A stretch of 64,000 bases of DNA from Chrysomallon squamiferum (GCA_012295275.1 CM022670.1:30442001-30506000), one strand, 5' to 3'; counted from the stretch's first letter, positions 14,030 through 29,321 are shown. Made by a program: numbers and translations. Notes: generated from the letters alone by a model not told the origin.

Positions 14030-14337
14030 CTGAAAATAAAAATAAGTTGATAATCTTAAAATCTGTAGGAAAACACCCCGCATCATAACTGTGAAATAGC
14101 TTTTTAAATATATGTAATTCAAAAATAATTCAGAATTATGCTTCAGTAAGAATATGAAAATAAAAATATTTCATAATAACTATTGATAAAATAGCCATTT
14201 TTCAGTTAATTTTCCCTAATTTATGACATAATTCATGCTGGAATATAAAAGAAATAATGATTTATTCCTGATTATATTTTATTGGTTAATGTTCATATAT
14301 TCTGCTACTACCACTACTACTAATAATATATTTGTGT

Positions 14338-14371
<34 letters not shown>

Positions 14372-16220
14372 TGCTTATTATTTTTTTCTTGAATTAGTTT
14401 TCAAAACCTTAGAATTAAACAACATTTTCCTCTGGCAAAGCCATGTTCACTGTTTATCAGCTCAGCAGGAGAGACTATGAAAAGCTTTTTCCACTTAAAT
14501 GACCATTATCATAGTGACAGTCAAAACAGAAGTTTGAATTTACCTTCATTTGTAACGCATCTGGCTTAGTGTTAAGTCCAAGAAGGAAACACTGATAAGA
14601 ATTTTTCTTTAAATGAAAGTTAAATGACATGTTTTCATTTTGAAGTGAACACAGAAGGATTAGTTTACATAAATAGTGGTTGTTTTATTGTGTGTGCATA
14701 CTATGTGAAGTACCACCAATACACTTGAAACAACTGAATGACTGATTTTCATATATATACTTCATTATGTATCTGCAACACACATACATACATACATACA
14801 TACATACATACATAAATACATATATACATACAAATATAAATATACAAAATACATACACAAGAGAATGAATACATGCATACATTCATACATACATACATAC
14901 ACAAACATATACATAAACATATACTTACACACATACAGATATGAACATTATACACTTATATGCAAACAAGCATAAAAACCACATACCAAGCTGCAAACCA
15001 AATAAAAAAACAAACAAAAAAACACCTGAAAACTAAACTGACATAAAAATACTTTGTTGTGCATAAGAACCAAAAGAGAATCACTGAAGCATTTCGTGTG
15101 TCTATACAGGTCTTGGCTTTATAAACTAGTAATCATTCACACTGTACTGATAGTTGTAATAAATGGAGAGGTTTAAAAATTAAGCTTTACATTTACCCAG
15201 CATGTAGAAAATATGATTTTTGTTAATGTGTGATATTTCAACATAAGACTACCGTTTCTTTACATGTTCTGGCAAGACCATGCTGTGTAGTGTATGTTAT
15301 TAAATAAATAAATAAATAAATATTCTGTTGGTAAATAAAAAATATAAAAAATTTCATAAGTAAATAAATAAATAAATAAATAAATGTTCTAAATAAATAA
15401 ATAAATGTTCTAAGGAAATAAATAAACAAATATTCTTTTAATGACAATAAATGAATCAGTAATAAATAAATAAATAAATAAATAATCATTTCTGAACAAG
15501 TGATTGCAAAATAGCTTTGAGGATTATTTTTCAGAATATATTTATTTATTTATTTATTTATTATTTACTGTATTTATTTACTGTTTTTTGTTGCTTGTTT
15601 ATATTTTTATAAACTGATATAATGAAACTGAAGAAAATAGCTCAAATTTAGCTCTAAAGAATAAGTTACTGATTTTCGTTATTTGTTCTTATCAAAGGTT
15701 AGTGCCAGTGATAGTAAAAGAATACACAATTCTTAAGGTTATTTTTAAACATTTAATTAAAATATCAAATATATGTTTTTCTACCTATAGAAACAGCTGT
15801 TCTTATACTAGCTGAAAAAATGATTATTTATCTAAACAGGTGTGTAAGTAGGTAGTAACAAGATCAATAAAATACTGTAGGAATTTTTAGTGACCAAACT
15901 TTTTCTACAAATAGATTTATATGAATAAACAGTAGAAAACAAATGTTCCTATAGTATTAATGTGCATATAAATAAATGCACACTTACATCCATGATGCTG
16001 ATGTTTTCTTCAGCAGTGAAACACAGAGCACATACTTGCATGCAAAAAGAGATATAAACATATATACTAACACAGGTAAATACATATTACATTGATATAT
16101 ACTTCCATCCATCCTACCTATAAACATAAATATAAACATATACAATACACACACATACATAAAACTGTCTTCTTATTTCTCTCTCTCATACACATACACA
16201 CATAAATATCCATACAAATA

Positions 16221-16813
16221 TAAAGTGTCTCCCAAAAGTAACTGATCTGCAAATTTAAATAAAATTAGATATTAAACATAACAAATTTAATTATTTTATG
16301 TCATTTTATGTTATCTTTTGTACTATTCATTTACTTCTGTCAGTAGTAGTCTTTGGAATGATTTTTGTTACCTGATTGTAGTGTTCTTCGTGATCTAGAC
16401 TTCTGTTTTAGCATGTGCTACTGGACTCTCCATTGTTTGACTTGAAATGGTACCCTCACTCTTAAAAATGCAGCGAAGAACTTTAGATTTAAACGAATGT
16501 ATCTTCATTATTAAGAATTACTATGCAATGACTAGCTACAAGCATGTTGAAGAAAGATGGGAAGTAAACTTTAGAACACCTGTACTGAGTAAATCGACAA
16601 TGTTCAATCTTGTATCCAAATTTGAAGTAACTGGAAGTATGTCAAATGTTCCTAAAAAAGTATTTCGCAGTGTTGTCAAAAGGTGTCATGATTGTATTGA
16701 AGTTCAAGGTAGACATTTTGAACATTTGTAAATACTAAATATACAGATTACATTTGTTGTTTTTAATATCTAATTTTATTTGTTTGCAGTTCGGTAACTT
16801 TTGGGACACCCTG
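16221..16813 (+). mobile_element. Internally deleted mariner-like element with a 94-codon mini-transposase ORF (16447-16731)
   Basis: About 60-bp imperfect TIRs ending ...TTTTGGGACACCCTG-TA. The ORF joins a DUF4817-like HTH (LVSKFEVTGS) to the C-terminal tail RCHDCIEVQGRHFEHL. Confidence 0.85.
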
Positions 16814-18216
16814 TATATGCACCTACAAATTAATATATCCACATCATTATACATACAAACACATCATCTATAACTTTTCACCAACTGTGCCACTACAAAG
16901 GTGCACATATCTCCAACAATCATATGCACATTTAGACACTATGATTTGTATCAAATATCAATAAAGATTCACTAAAAGCAGTATCTTCCGAAAATCACTT
17001 TCTAACTTTGTAAACAAAATATTATTACTATTTTTTTCTTTTTTAACTCTTTATTGGATAAACATGGATTGACTACATGATTCACTGTCAGTCTTATAAT
17101 TTATTTACCAAACAGCATGACATCAAACAAACAAAAAATATAAATAACCAACAAACTAACTAACTAACTAAATAACTAAATAACTAAATAAATAAATAAA
17201 TAATGACTAATTGTACATATTGAGCACTATAAGCCAATTATATGTAAGGGAAAAAGAAAAAAGAATCTTAAGAATAAAAAGAATAAAAAACATAAGGTAT
17301 CTTGTGAATTGACCCATATTACCTACAAGGGATCAAATACCAAAAATGAGGCGTTTTCCACTCAGTGCCTAACACTACAATAATGTCCATACATTAGACA
17401 TGACACGACCTGCTTGTCAGTTACAACAAACCGTGCAGTGACTACAACACATAGAATACTCTGGTACAAATATGTACCACTGAAAACCAGATCAGTTTTA
17501 ACAACCCTATCTGTTTACTGTGTATTACAGAGATATACACAATAATAGGTGAGACAATTTTAGAAGCCAGTTGTGCTAAAACGTTCATTCAGTTCAAGTG
17601 GGTTATGGTTTTTTAATGAATTTATTACATTGTGAAAATAAACAATAATATATTTTAGTAGGGATAAATATTAATTAATTAAAAAAATGAAATAAAATAC
17701 TAAGAACAAAAACAATATTTTAATATATATAAACAATATGCTAATAAATTATAAACAAATACATTTTAAATAAAATAAAAAGCCAAGAACAATTATACAG
17801 TAAAAAAATAAAAAATATAAATATAAATAACATTATGCTTGAATACTTATTTACAGTACACACCCAACAAAACATTTTCTTTTTAAAAACTTTATTATTT
17901 AAAATTAAAAATATATTGTCATATGTCATAATTTTATAAATACCAAGTTCTTTTTAATACATTTTTAATGATGCCATCGCCTTTATATATATATATATGT
18001 AATTATTATGCTATATATTTTTACAAATAATCCTTTCATTCTCTGGTGTTTTAATTTTATGAACCCAATTCTTTTAAATGATTTCACAGTTTTTAAATAA
18101 ATATTTTGTGTATTGCCTAGTTTTGCCAAAGATTGTTTTAGTTTTAATAACATTGTAGTCTTTTACATAATGTCAGCTTTTATCATTCTTTTTATGGTTT
18201 CACAAAAAATAATATA

Positions 18217-18286
18217 AAAGAACCAAATGTTTATAAAAACTAAAATATTCTAGAATATTTTAGTTTTTATAAACATTTGATTCTTT
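18217..18286. repeat. AT-rich palindrome (perfect 56-bp core, 18224-18279)
   Basis: Base-by-base pairing around a central TCTAGA. One mismatch in 70 bp. Confidence 0.9.
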
Positions 18287-19824
18287 AACTTATTATATTA
18301 CTATATTATTATTTGTCACAGTTTTGATCAAATTTTAAAATGACTCACATACATAAATCTTCTATTCTTTCAAATGATATCATAAATATATAAATAAATT
18401 TTTATCAGGCTACATACTCTGGGAAAATTAGTAGCAAGAAGGGAAACTACCCAACTAAGAATGTCAAGTCATAGTACTATACTGAAAATAGCTGGCTATT
18501 ACAGTTTAAAAATGCTGATTTCTGCATTGAAGATGGCAGAAAAATAATAAAAATAAATAAAGAACATTTCTACTATCTTAAATTAAAACTTTGCTTATTG
18601 GTTATAAATAATTTTATAACAGTATTGACCCCCCGCACCCAGTAGTTCAGTTAGAGCTGCTCTGGTTTATTACTAAAACTTATCCATAACAACAAAAATG
18701 GAAAATATAACCAAAACATTTAAAACAGATTTTTTGTTTGCATTTCTGTTTAAAATTGCACTTCAAATATTTATTTTTTTAAAAACCCAAAACAGAATCT
18801 CCACCTAATAAAAATCATAAATATTTTTTTTCAAAAATTATGTTTTAATCTTCATAGACAATTTCAGCTTTTTCTAAATCAAATCTTATGAAACAAATAC
18901 AGTTTAAATTATAAATTATATTTATCATGTTAATGTTGGCTCATTATTATTATTATTATTTTACAATTAAAAATTGGAAACACCAAAAACAAAAAAAAAC
19001 ACCCTTAATACTTAAAACATACACAATTTTTCCTAGAACGAATTTCAGCCAATAAATATTTATATGAAAATAATTTAATAAGATCTCAAGATCTTTAATC
19101 TTTTAGAGCCTTCACTTAAACAAAAAATTGTTTTTAATTAATTTACTCCCTTTTAGTGGAAAGATATTACTGGCTTAAATAATAAAAAAAAAATGTATAA
19201 TGATCTTAGTTTTGAAGAGTTTAGCATTTTGTCAATGAGACATTTAAATGGGTAAAATATATATATAAAAAACAGTTGACAAAGAAAAATAATGATGACC
19301 ATTGAATATTTATGGTGATTAATAAAGCAATAAGAGAGAGGTGTGTGTGTGTGTGTGTGTGTATTTGTGTGTGTGTGTATTTGTGTGTGCGTGTGTGTGT
19401 GCGCGTGTGTGTGTGCATGTGTATGTGTGCATGTGTGTGTGTGTGTGTGTGTGTGAAGCTAAAATTATGCATAACCTACTGGGCATGTATGATTTAATTA
19501 CTAATGCACAGATGAATTTATGCTTGCATATGCATCTATGTACATGTGTTTTGTATGTATAAATGCATGTATATATGTACGTATGCATGATATCTAGTTT
19601 TAAGAGCATTTTTTTCAGATAAAATGCCACAGTTTCATGGTGTGAGATAACTACTAGTTTTGTTTATGAACTTATTTCTACATAGTCATGTTGTTTGTAT
19701 TATAACCAGGTCTCCAGACATGGTTGATACACATTTTATTTTTATTGAATTCAAATATTTAATGTTGAAACAAGAGTTTTTATCCTTGGATTTTGAGTAA
19801 GTATGTATCTTTGTGTGTGTGTCT

Positions 19825-19860
<36 letters not shown>

Positions 19861-20058
19861 ATGTATCCCTCTATCTTCTAAAAGCAAATACATTTGCGTC
19901 ATAAGTATTTAATGAATTTTCAAGCCAGTTAATTCTTAGATATTAGCACAAAGATTGGAAAAGCCATGCTGTTCTAGGCTAAAGGTAAATATATCATATT
20001 TATTTAAGGATTTATTTCACAGATACTTAATTATAATTGAACACATCACACACACAGA

Positions 20059-20114
<56 letters not shown>

Positions 20115-20173
20115 AAGATATTATCAAAAACCAGCCAAACAAAAAACAAAAAAAGCTCACATCCTTTACTTAC

Positions 20174-20547
20174 CATGTTTAGGAGGCAGATTATTAACCA
20201 AGCCATGTGTAATTCCTGTAAGTGGTTGTCGATTTTGAGCAATGTTTGTGCGTTGCGTATTGAATGTAGCCTTGTGTTCATAACCTGGGCCATTCCTACG
20301 CAGGGCAGGACTTCCTCCACTGATGAGGGATGTGTTTGGTGATATGGATGGTAGTGTCACCCCCTTCACTTTATCCACACTGTGTGTGCCAGAATTCTGT
20401 TGAGTGACAGCAGTGTTTCCTGTTGCCAAGGGTACAGGTGTTTCAGCCTGAATTCGTAGAGTTGGAATATCCATGTGACTGCCATTATTTTGCTGCGGCA
20501 CATTTTGGCTAGTTTGATTACGACTAGAATTCTGTCCATTCATTCTC
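20174..20547 (-). CDS. GLIS3: GLIS exon (RMNGQNSSRNQ...NNLPPKH); in-frame ATG at 20543
   Basis: Acceptor TTTCAG|G and donor ATG|GTAAGT. Open frame; phase 1 joins the 14029 exon as Glu (G+AG). Confidence 0.85.
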
Positions 20548-23226
20548 CTGAAATAAAAAACACAAAAATGGAACATAGTTTTGAAGTGTTCTTTCCATAT
20601 ACACAATTATATATAGTAATATTATATAATATCACACAGGTGGTAAAATCATACAGACAGTAATATCATATACATTGTAATATGATACATATATATAAAA
20701 TCTTACAACACTGGTTAAAAAAAGAAAAAGGCTCTGAAAGTGATTACCTTAAAGTATCATACAATTTGTGGCCATTTTATATATTTATTTTCATAATTAT
20801 TAATTTAATTATTTATTGCATTGATCACTGGTAAAACGATTTTTAAATTGTCTTCAAATGGTCTAAAGTTAAATTCAGCATTTTTAACTATTAAGAGTAT
20901 AATTTATGTTAAAATGAATAAGCTGGATATGTGCCAAAACACTCAGTTTCCACTATCTTGAGTCATCCTACAATGAAATTTTTATCATTTTTAAAACCTG
21001 TATTATATTGTTTTTGAATAAAAACAAACCATCTAAAATTATATTTTTTGTTTTTAAATAACAATGAAAATTTATTTTATGTTTTATGCACCATTCAGCA
21101 GTTCATGCAAAAGAATTATTACATTATATTATATTAACTGATATGTAACTTTTCTCATTTTAAAATAACATATAATTAATAAAAATAGATAATAATTTTT
21201 TTTTGTTCTTCATATAGTGAATTGTGAGACAATTTGAAAAGCTGAAAACCAAAACTAAAAATTATAATGAAAAAACTAAACGTTTAATTTATCTTTCTGA
21301 GACCTAGTTCTTATTTTGTTTAATGGATGACTAATATTTTTATTTATCAGGTAATGACAAGCTATTGCAAGTAACTATGTATAAAATTGATAAAAATTAT
21401 TCAATTCAAGATATGATTAGCACTGTTAAAAGGGACAAGAAGGTCAAAGCAAAAGCAAATAAAATTTTAAATAAATATGCTTTTGAAATAACATTAATTA
21501 ATTTGTTTTAACATACAGGAAATATTTTACTAAAAATCACTTCTGACAAGAAATATGAACGTGTTTAAAAACAATATCTTTTTTTTTTTAGTAAATAAAA
21601 AATAATTTAATATCCTAGAGAAATAATAAAAAACTGGACCATAATTATTATATTTACAAACTTTTCATTCAAAATAGCTTCCTTGTTTCAAATCATATTC
21701 ATAATCTGACATTAAGTATTTATCATATCCAAGCCCATTAAAAATCAGCAAAAATACTTATTTTCACAGATGGTCACAAAAAATAAAAAAATAAAAAAAT
21801 AAAAAATAAAAAATAAGAAATAAAAAATAAAAATAACAATAATAAAAAAAATAATAATAATAATAATAATAATAATAATTTGGACCATATCAAAGTAAAC
21901 AATCTTAGAAATCAAAATGATTCCTTAATTGCAAGCTTAAATTTTTTGATATAAAATATTAATCTGTGTTTTAACATTCATTAAATTTTAATTATATAAA
22001 ATCAGCAAAGAACACTTCCATTCATAGCTGGTCACAAAATTAACATAAAGCCACTTAAGGCCAACATTCTTATCATTCAAAATGGCTTCTTAATAACCAA
22101 ACTTTTATTTTCACTCCCATTTACAATTCAGAATAATATATCTTTTAATTACTCAGCAAACAGGTGTGCACATAAAAACAATTTATAACTATTCTTTTTT
22201 TTTTTTTTATGGTTATTCTTCGCTGTTGCCATTGTTGTGTTTGTTGCAACCTACATGACATGTTGCTAATGCTTTGTTAGATATGATGGCTGCTTACATC
22301 AAGACTGTCAAGAGGTAATTGAGGATATTATGCTATTACAAGCCAGTAAACATTAGCCTGCATTTCACTGGCTCAGTTTTCATTGATTGCCAAATGATGA
22401 TCAATAACTGTCGATCTGTTGCTGAACAAGAATACCATATTGATTCCTTCATCTTCCTTCATTAAGGTGTATGTGAGGTGATGGCTAAGGTATGGCCACC
22501 TAGCTAACAAATAGTTAATATTTTATTTTCAAACAAAAATATCTCTTCTGCTGTAAATGAGTTATAATGTTATTTCTGGATTACAATTTAAACAAACTGA
22601 ATTCTGAGATTCTGATAATGACAGATAATTTAAGAGATCAGATTTGTAGTTTCATCTTTTATTTTTCATTTTAAAATGAAATGACAGACTCATACAGATT
22701 CATTTATTCACACATCGGGAAACTAAAAATGTCAATGCCTAATAATATCTAAATAATTAATTAATGAAGATACAGTCATCAATTATAAATGGAAATGAAA
22801 TATTAATTTATTCTACATGGACAACAAATAATATAAAATACAAATGAAATCATTAGTGTTTAATTTTATTTTTTTATAGCCACATGACTATGAAAGACAA
22901 CAAAAATTACCTTCATTCAGAAAAACTAGAAACAAAGGAAATAAATCAAAACCTACTAAAAGATATTAACTCTGTGTTAATAATGAAGAAATGTTTTATT
23001 TATTTTGCCACTGGCAAGCTAAATGAACTGGATAATATTTCCACATCCTATTTATTATAAATACAAGCAGAAGAAGATACTATATTTCAGACTAGAGCTT
23101 TGGTAATAGTAAAGAAATATAAAACTGTTTAAAAAATATGTCTAATTGTTAAGAATAAAATAATATTGGGAAGCCCATTAAATAAATTTATTCTTTTATC
23201 TGTGGTTGTCAAGTTATTTTTAGGTA

Positions 23227-23274
<48 letters not shown>

Positions 23275-23629
23275 GTGTTTAAATGTAAGACTGAAATAAA
23301 AGAATCATAAAGAAAACATTTTATTTACCTATAAATATGAAACAAAACAAAAGTAAATAAATGAAATAAAAAGATTGTGTGATTTTTTTAAACTTTTTTT
23401 TTTTATATATAAATCATACTTATTTTATGTCAATATGAATCTGGAAGTTTTTAATTCCATTCCACCTAATCAAAGTACATGTCTGGAGTCTGACTGAAAA
23501 TAGCCAGCTCTCAAGACCTGTGCCAAGTTCAATATCAGTAAATCAGAACAATTTCAATCAAACAGAAACCAGTGAGTGGGAACATGCTGACCTTGTTACA
23601 ACTATAATCAACAGTTGTTGGGCAATATT

Positions 23630-23860
23630 GGTCCTCATTGAAGAGGGCCTTCTTTCAAAGCAGATTAATGGAGGCCTTTTCTCAAAGTTGGTAAATGGGG
23701 GCCTTTTCTCAAAGTGGGTAATTGATTTACTTTCCTCATTACAACTTGTATGAGGTTTTCCTTGATAAAGATTATCTGAGGCCTTTTCTCAGGAGAGATT
23801 ATATGAGGTTATATGAGGTTTTTCTTAAGGTATATAAGGCTTCTCCACAACAAAGGTTAT
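23630..23860. repeat. Degenerate 27-bp minisatellite (GGCCTTTTCTCAAAG core)
   Basis: Three well-preserved units at 27-bp period, then decaying copies. Related units continue to about 24170. Confidence 0.6.
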
Positions 23861-23962
23861 ATCAGTTCATAAGTTTCTTGAAGGTTAGTTTCTCATTACT
23901 GTAGGCAAGATTAACCTTATTTCTGATCATTGTAGGCAAGATCATTATTATTATTATATATA

Positions 23963-24001
<39 letters not shown>

Positions 24002-24377
24002 CGAATATTCAACTGAGTTCTTTTCTTAGTGTAAACTGTAACTTTTTATGCAGCCTTTCATCAAGGTAGAATAAGATATATTTTCCTCAGTGCAGGCTAA
24101 AGAAGGGTTGTATTAGGCTTTTACTTAATGATGCCTTTCATTAATGAAGGCTGTCCTCAGTGCAGAAGAATGTGATTGAGATGTGTTTCAGATGTGCTTC
24201 AGATGTCATCAATGTAGGGTATTTGGAGTCAACGGTAAGAAGATACTAGATCCTATAAATAGTATTTGTATCTATTAGAAGGAAGAAAAGTACATTGTAA
24301 AAACAGTATCTTTGCAGTAATATTAATTTGATGATATTAAACAATTAAACAGAAAACAAAAATAATGACACTGACAA

Positions 24378-24418
<41 letters not shown>

Positions 24419-24498
24419 CACCTCAATAATATTCAACAAATAATAATTTATACATACATGTATACATGTCACACACACACAAACACACACACATACAC

Positions 24499-24535
<37 letters not shown>

Positions 24536-26117
24536 TGCATACATAAACACAAAGATCTTAGATACAAATTTCTGAAACTATGTACAGTAATACTATAAAA
24601 TGTTAATACATCTGCATGTTTTATTCAGCTATATATGAAAAATATGTACCAATATGATTTATATAATTTATACATATGTATTTAACCTAGATTTTGGTAA
24701 ATGATTAAATTAAGATACATGTTTTTCTTTTTTAAATCTACAGGGAAATTAAAACCATACTTTGTACATTATCTGAACTGTCATGAAATAATATCCACCA
24801 TAATATTTTGATTAATAATAGTGATTATACATTATTATTGCTACTGTGTGTAATTGTGTTTTGATCCTACTGACACATTCTCAACTATTCAGTCATGGGT
24901 TTTGAATCTGCTGTTTCCCAGATACAGAAACTATGACGTCAAACTGACTAACAAACAGGATTGCTAGCTGGTGACTAACTAAAGATTACCTTATCCATTC
25001 AGTCCTAATTCCAGAACACTAATACATACACAGACATACAAACAAACACACATACAAACATACACAAACATACCCACATACACATAAATACATAATTTAT
25101 GACCTCATACAAATACACACAATCATACACACACACAAACATACAAACACACATACACTCACACACAAACACACATGCATATACAAACACACACATATAT
25201 ATACAAACACAAAGACATAACAGGGACAAATACAAAACAGAGACACTTACAACCACATACCTCTGCCGCCACCCGTGCACCCATACATTAAAAAAAAACA
25301 TCACAAGACTCAGACATAGAAGGATAAGAGGAAAAAGATATAGAAAGACATTAAAAATGAAAGCTGCTTTAATAATTAATTTCTTTTTCTCTGGGAACTA
25401 TACCATTTATTTACTGCTTTTATATATGAATATATGGACATAAATGTTTTGCATAAATAATCAATATGTACAAAAGGTAAATAAAAAATACATATAAAGT
25501 ATGTGATACAGTATGTGATACAATACAATAAAAGAAAGCTAGTGTTTTGTAGAGTACAATCAAGTTTTAATTTAATATTAATGTGAACTTGGAGGGGTTT
25601 GAATACAGACAAATAATATTAGTTACACAAAGTTAAAGGAAAATGAATTTAAAAAATAAAATAAAAAATACAGCAAAATTTAAAAATGCTAAATTATAAA
25701 AAATAAAGGAAAAAAGAAAATAGTAACAATAAAATGAATAAATAAAAAGATAAACAAATGTAGTTTTTTAAACATGGGATCTTTTTCATAATTTTTTCAG
25801 TATCAGAAAAATATATGCAATTCATAAAAAGCATTCAAGAACCCTGATTGGAATGGAAATAACCTAATGAATGTACTAAAGAACAGTGAACTTGCTATTT
25901 AACTTATCTGAAGACTGAGTTAAAGGCTACACATCTTGATAAATATAATATCTATCTAATCACTAAACTAAAGCTTGCTTTCCAAATGAAGTAAAAATAA
26001 GAAAGAATTTAAAACAGTACATAAAACCATATGATTATTAACTAATTAATATTTGTTCTTCTGTTGACTCAGCTTATTGATTAATTGTAACCAGTCATTT
26101 CATTAAACTCAGGCAAA

Positions 26118-26215
26118 TGATACATGAATATAATTTATTCAGCTGATATATATACATAATGTATTCAACTGATACATGAATATATTTATCCAACTGATAT
26201 GTATATATATATATG
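26118..26215. repeat. Degenerate ~26-bp tandem repeat (CTGATACATGAATAT..TTTATTCA)
   Basis: About four visible units. Confidence 0.55.
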
Positions 26216-27814
26216 TCATTTATGCAGTTGCTTTTAAAAAGACAATTAGATCATTAGATCTAGAAACTGTGTATCTTTGTTGTCTGTTCCACCAAAGAAT
26301 CTTACAGTATTTCTAATACAATGATTATTTATGCAAAGCTATGAAATATTCTGTAACTGAAACAGACAGACAGACATACGGAGAGAGAGAGAGAAAGGGA
26401 GAGAGAGAGACAACAGGGAGAGTAAATTAAATATAAAATAGAAGTTATAAGAAGAATGAGATGATAAAAATGCAATTTAATATTAGTTATTTTCTGCAGG
26501 ATTTTAGTTACAATTTGAATGCAGAACGTAGTCAGTATTTTCAGCTAATCTGTATTTATTATACAAAGATTTATCATAGGTAGGATGGGGTGATTTGATT
26601 TAAAGTTTCTTTAGATATTCTTGGAAAGAACAAAAATATTATATTACCATATAATGTGATTACTTTTGTGAGGGGATAAAATCATGGTGGTCAAATGTTT
26701 TTCAATGGCTCACTGAAAATAATAAAATAATAATTTGGAAGTACAAAGAATTTTTGATAGATCATTTGTTTTTGTACTGTTATAGGTTCACTGTTACCAT
26801 TTTGTGATAAATATTTGTTAACAGTGATAATAATGCAATCTGCAGTGATGAGATCTCATTGCCAGTGTACCCATCCACTAACACAATGTATTTAATAGAA
26901 AAATTTAAAAAAGCAAAATTATTCCTCAATTGATAGCTTTAATACATATTAAGATAATTAATTAGTAAAATTCTTTTCATTAAAAAAAAATTCTGCATGA
27001 AATAGGAAGAAAATCTTTCTGGAAAAGCATGGCAATTCATAAAGATATATAACCATAAGAAGTGACACAGTCATTTCAGAATGGTATTCATTCCTCTGTA
27101 GGATGTAAGATAACAAAATAAACACTCTTTTTCTTTATATTCATTTTTAGAAATTTTTTGTTTGTTAACATTAATTATTTCAGTGATTTCTTTAGCAAGG
27201 ATCTATATGTTGATCTTAATATATATTAAGATACAATGATTGCATATTAAATAAATGCACACACACACACTACACATACATATACAAACACAGAAGCACA
27301 CAGGTATTTACACACACACATAATACTCACACACCAAAGACACACCTGCTCACTCACATACACATATACAAATCAACAATGTTAAAATGCATACAAAATC
27401 AGAAACTACAATAAAACAACAATTATTTTAAAGAGATGAAATCAGTGGTTATGATATCAATATCACAATCTACTTAAAATAATTTCTGTACCATACCACA
27501 CTAGACCTTGTAATATTTAAATAATGCTATGTCATACTAACCATGTAGACATATATCAGACCCATATTTTTCTATGCAACAAGCCAACTTAACATAACAA
27601 GTGTCCAAGGTACACCTGATCTGATCTCATAATGCGATGTCATGAACAGACACAATGTATGTCAATAAGGACAAAAAGCTGCCAGTCTTAAATAAAATCA
27701 GCTGACAAAATAAAATAAAATATATATCTGCATGTAAGCATAATCATAAATTGTATATTCTTAACATCATTAAGATGCAAACTCTAAATTGCAATCAACT
27801 AACAATACATGTTT

Positions 27815-28090
27815 CAGCCATTTTACAAATATATAAAAATTGTTTTTTCCAGCCATTTTGAAAATACATACACATTTTTTTATACCCTTTTTATTTTTAG
27901 CAACCATTTTGAAGATATATAGAAATTGCTTGATTATTTGTAAAATAATAAACTGAAATTATTTATTTATTAATTAAAAAAAAAAATTTGTAAGGTATTT
28001 TATTTTGTTCTGTTTTCTTCTTTTATTATCTTCTTTTATTTATTTTTTGTTTTTTTTGTTTACCATTTTGTAAATATATTAAAATTATTT
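27815..28090. repeat. Dispersed CCATTTTG.AAATATAT repeat units
   Basis: Four similar units at about 27817, 27851, 27902 and 28062. Confidence 0.45.
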
Positions 28091-29222
28091 GATCATAAAA
28101 ATGACTGAATACATGTACATGACATAAAGCAATAATAATATATCATATTCTAAAAAATGAAATATTAAATAAAAAACAAATAGAATTTTTGGTTTTAAGT
28201 TTTATACTCTTATTAGATTTATTAAGCATTTGTTATCTTGGCAAGCAAACAGGGATACATTTGATAGCGCTACACATATTAAAATATATATTTTCAAATA
28301 CAGAATTTATTAGGTGTATAAGGGTCTGTTGTTTTACCACTGACATAAAATATCCCAATGTTAACTTGTTCCCAGTGTCAGCTGATTTTTTAACCATGTG
28401 AATACCACATAGTGTGACAAAAAAACTGACCTCCTGAACATATGCTGACAGTATATTAAATTTACAAGTAAATGTAATATTATATGATTTCCACTGCAAT
28501 TGTATATTAGAGATTATGAACATTATATATAATCTGTAGTATTTACTTAAACACAAACCAAAAAACAATGCTTTAAAAAACAAATATTATAAAAATTCTA
28601 ACAACTTTCTGTTTGCGTTGCTACACATGATTTCCTTTGCAACCTTATATACAATCTATGGTATTTACATAAACTAAATTTTATAAAGATAATTTAAAAG
28701 TCTAAATGCAAGTCTTAAAACAAAATAGTAAATTTTCTAACAACAAACCATATTCATTATACATATTTGATATTATATGAAATATAACTATACTTTTAAA
28801 ACATGCTTCTGATTCTACCATTTTGATTTGTTTTACCATTAAAGCTGTTTTGTTTTGCCACTATTGCTGTTTCGGTGCTCATTATGTTGGCAACCCATCC
28901 TGGTACAATGCATGTGTGGTTATCAGGGAAATGGCCTTCTTGACAATTTCATATGCAGCCAATGACCCAGTCTCAACTGATAATTATCTATAAGTTATCT
29001 TCAACTTGTCACTAAGATTAAAGCTAGGTGGATTGGTATTTCCGTGCCCACATCCACTTTTCAATATAAAATACTATTACCTATTAAATAAAAAGTATAA
29101 TAACTCACAGTTTTGTATCACAGTTTTTCAGTATGAATATAAACATAGTCATCAAAAATGAATTTAAAAAAATGAAATCCTTATTTCAGTTATTATTTAT
29201 CTTTAGTGTTCCATGTCAGTAA

Positions 29223-29226
<4 letters not shown>

Positions 29227-29304
<78 letters not shown>

Positions 29305-29321
29305 ACACACACACACACACA
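29227..29321. repeat. (AG)n(AC)n compound microsatellite
   Basis: Direct reading. Confidence 0.95.

Noticed and set aside
21426-22090. TTAAAGGGACA Kolobok-like left end and a degenerate local duplication
   Set aside because: No matching right TIR found; too degraded to call.
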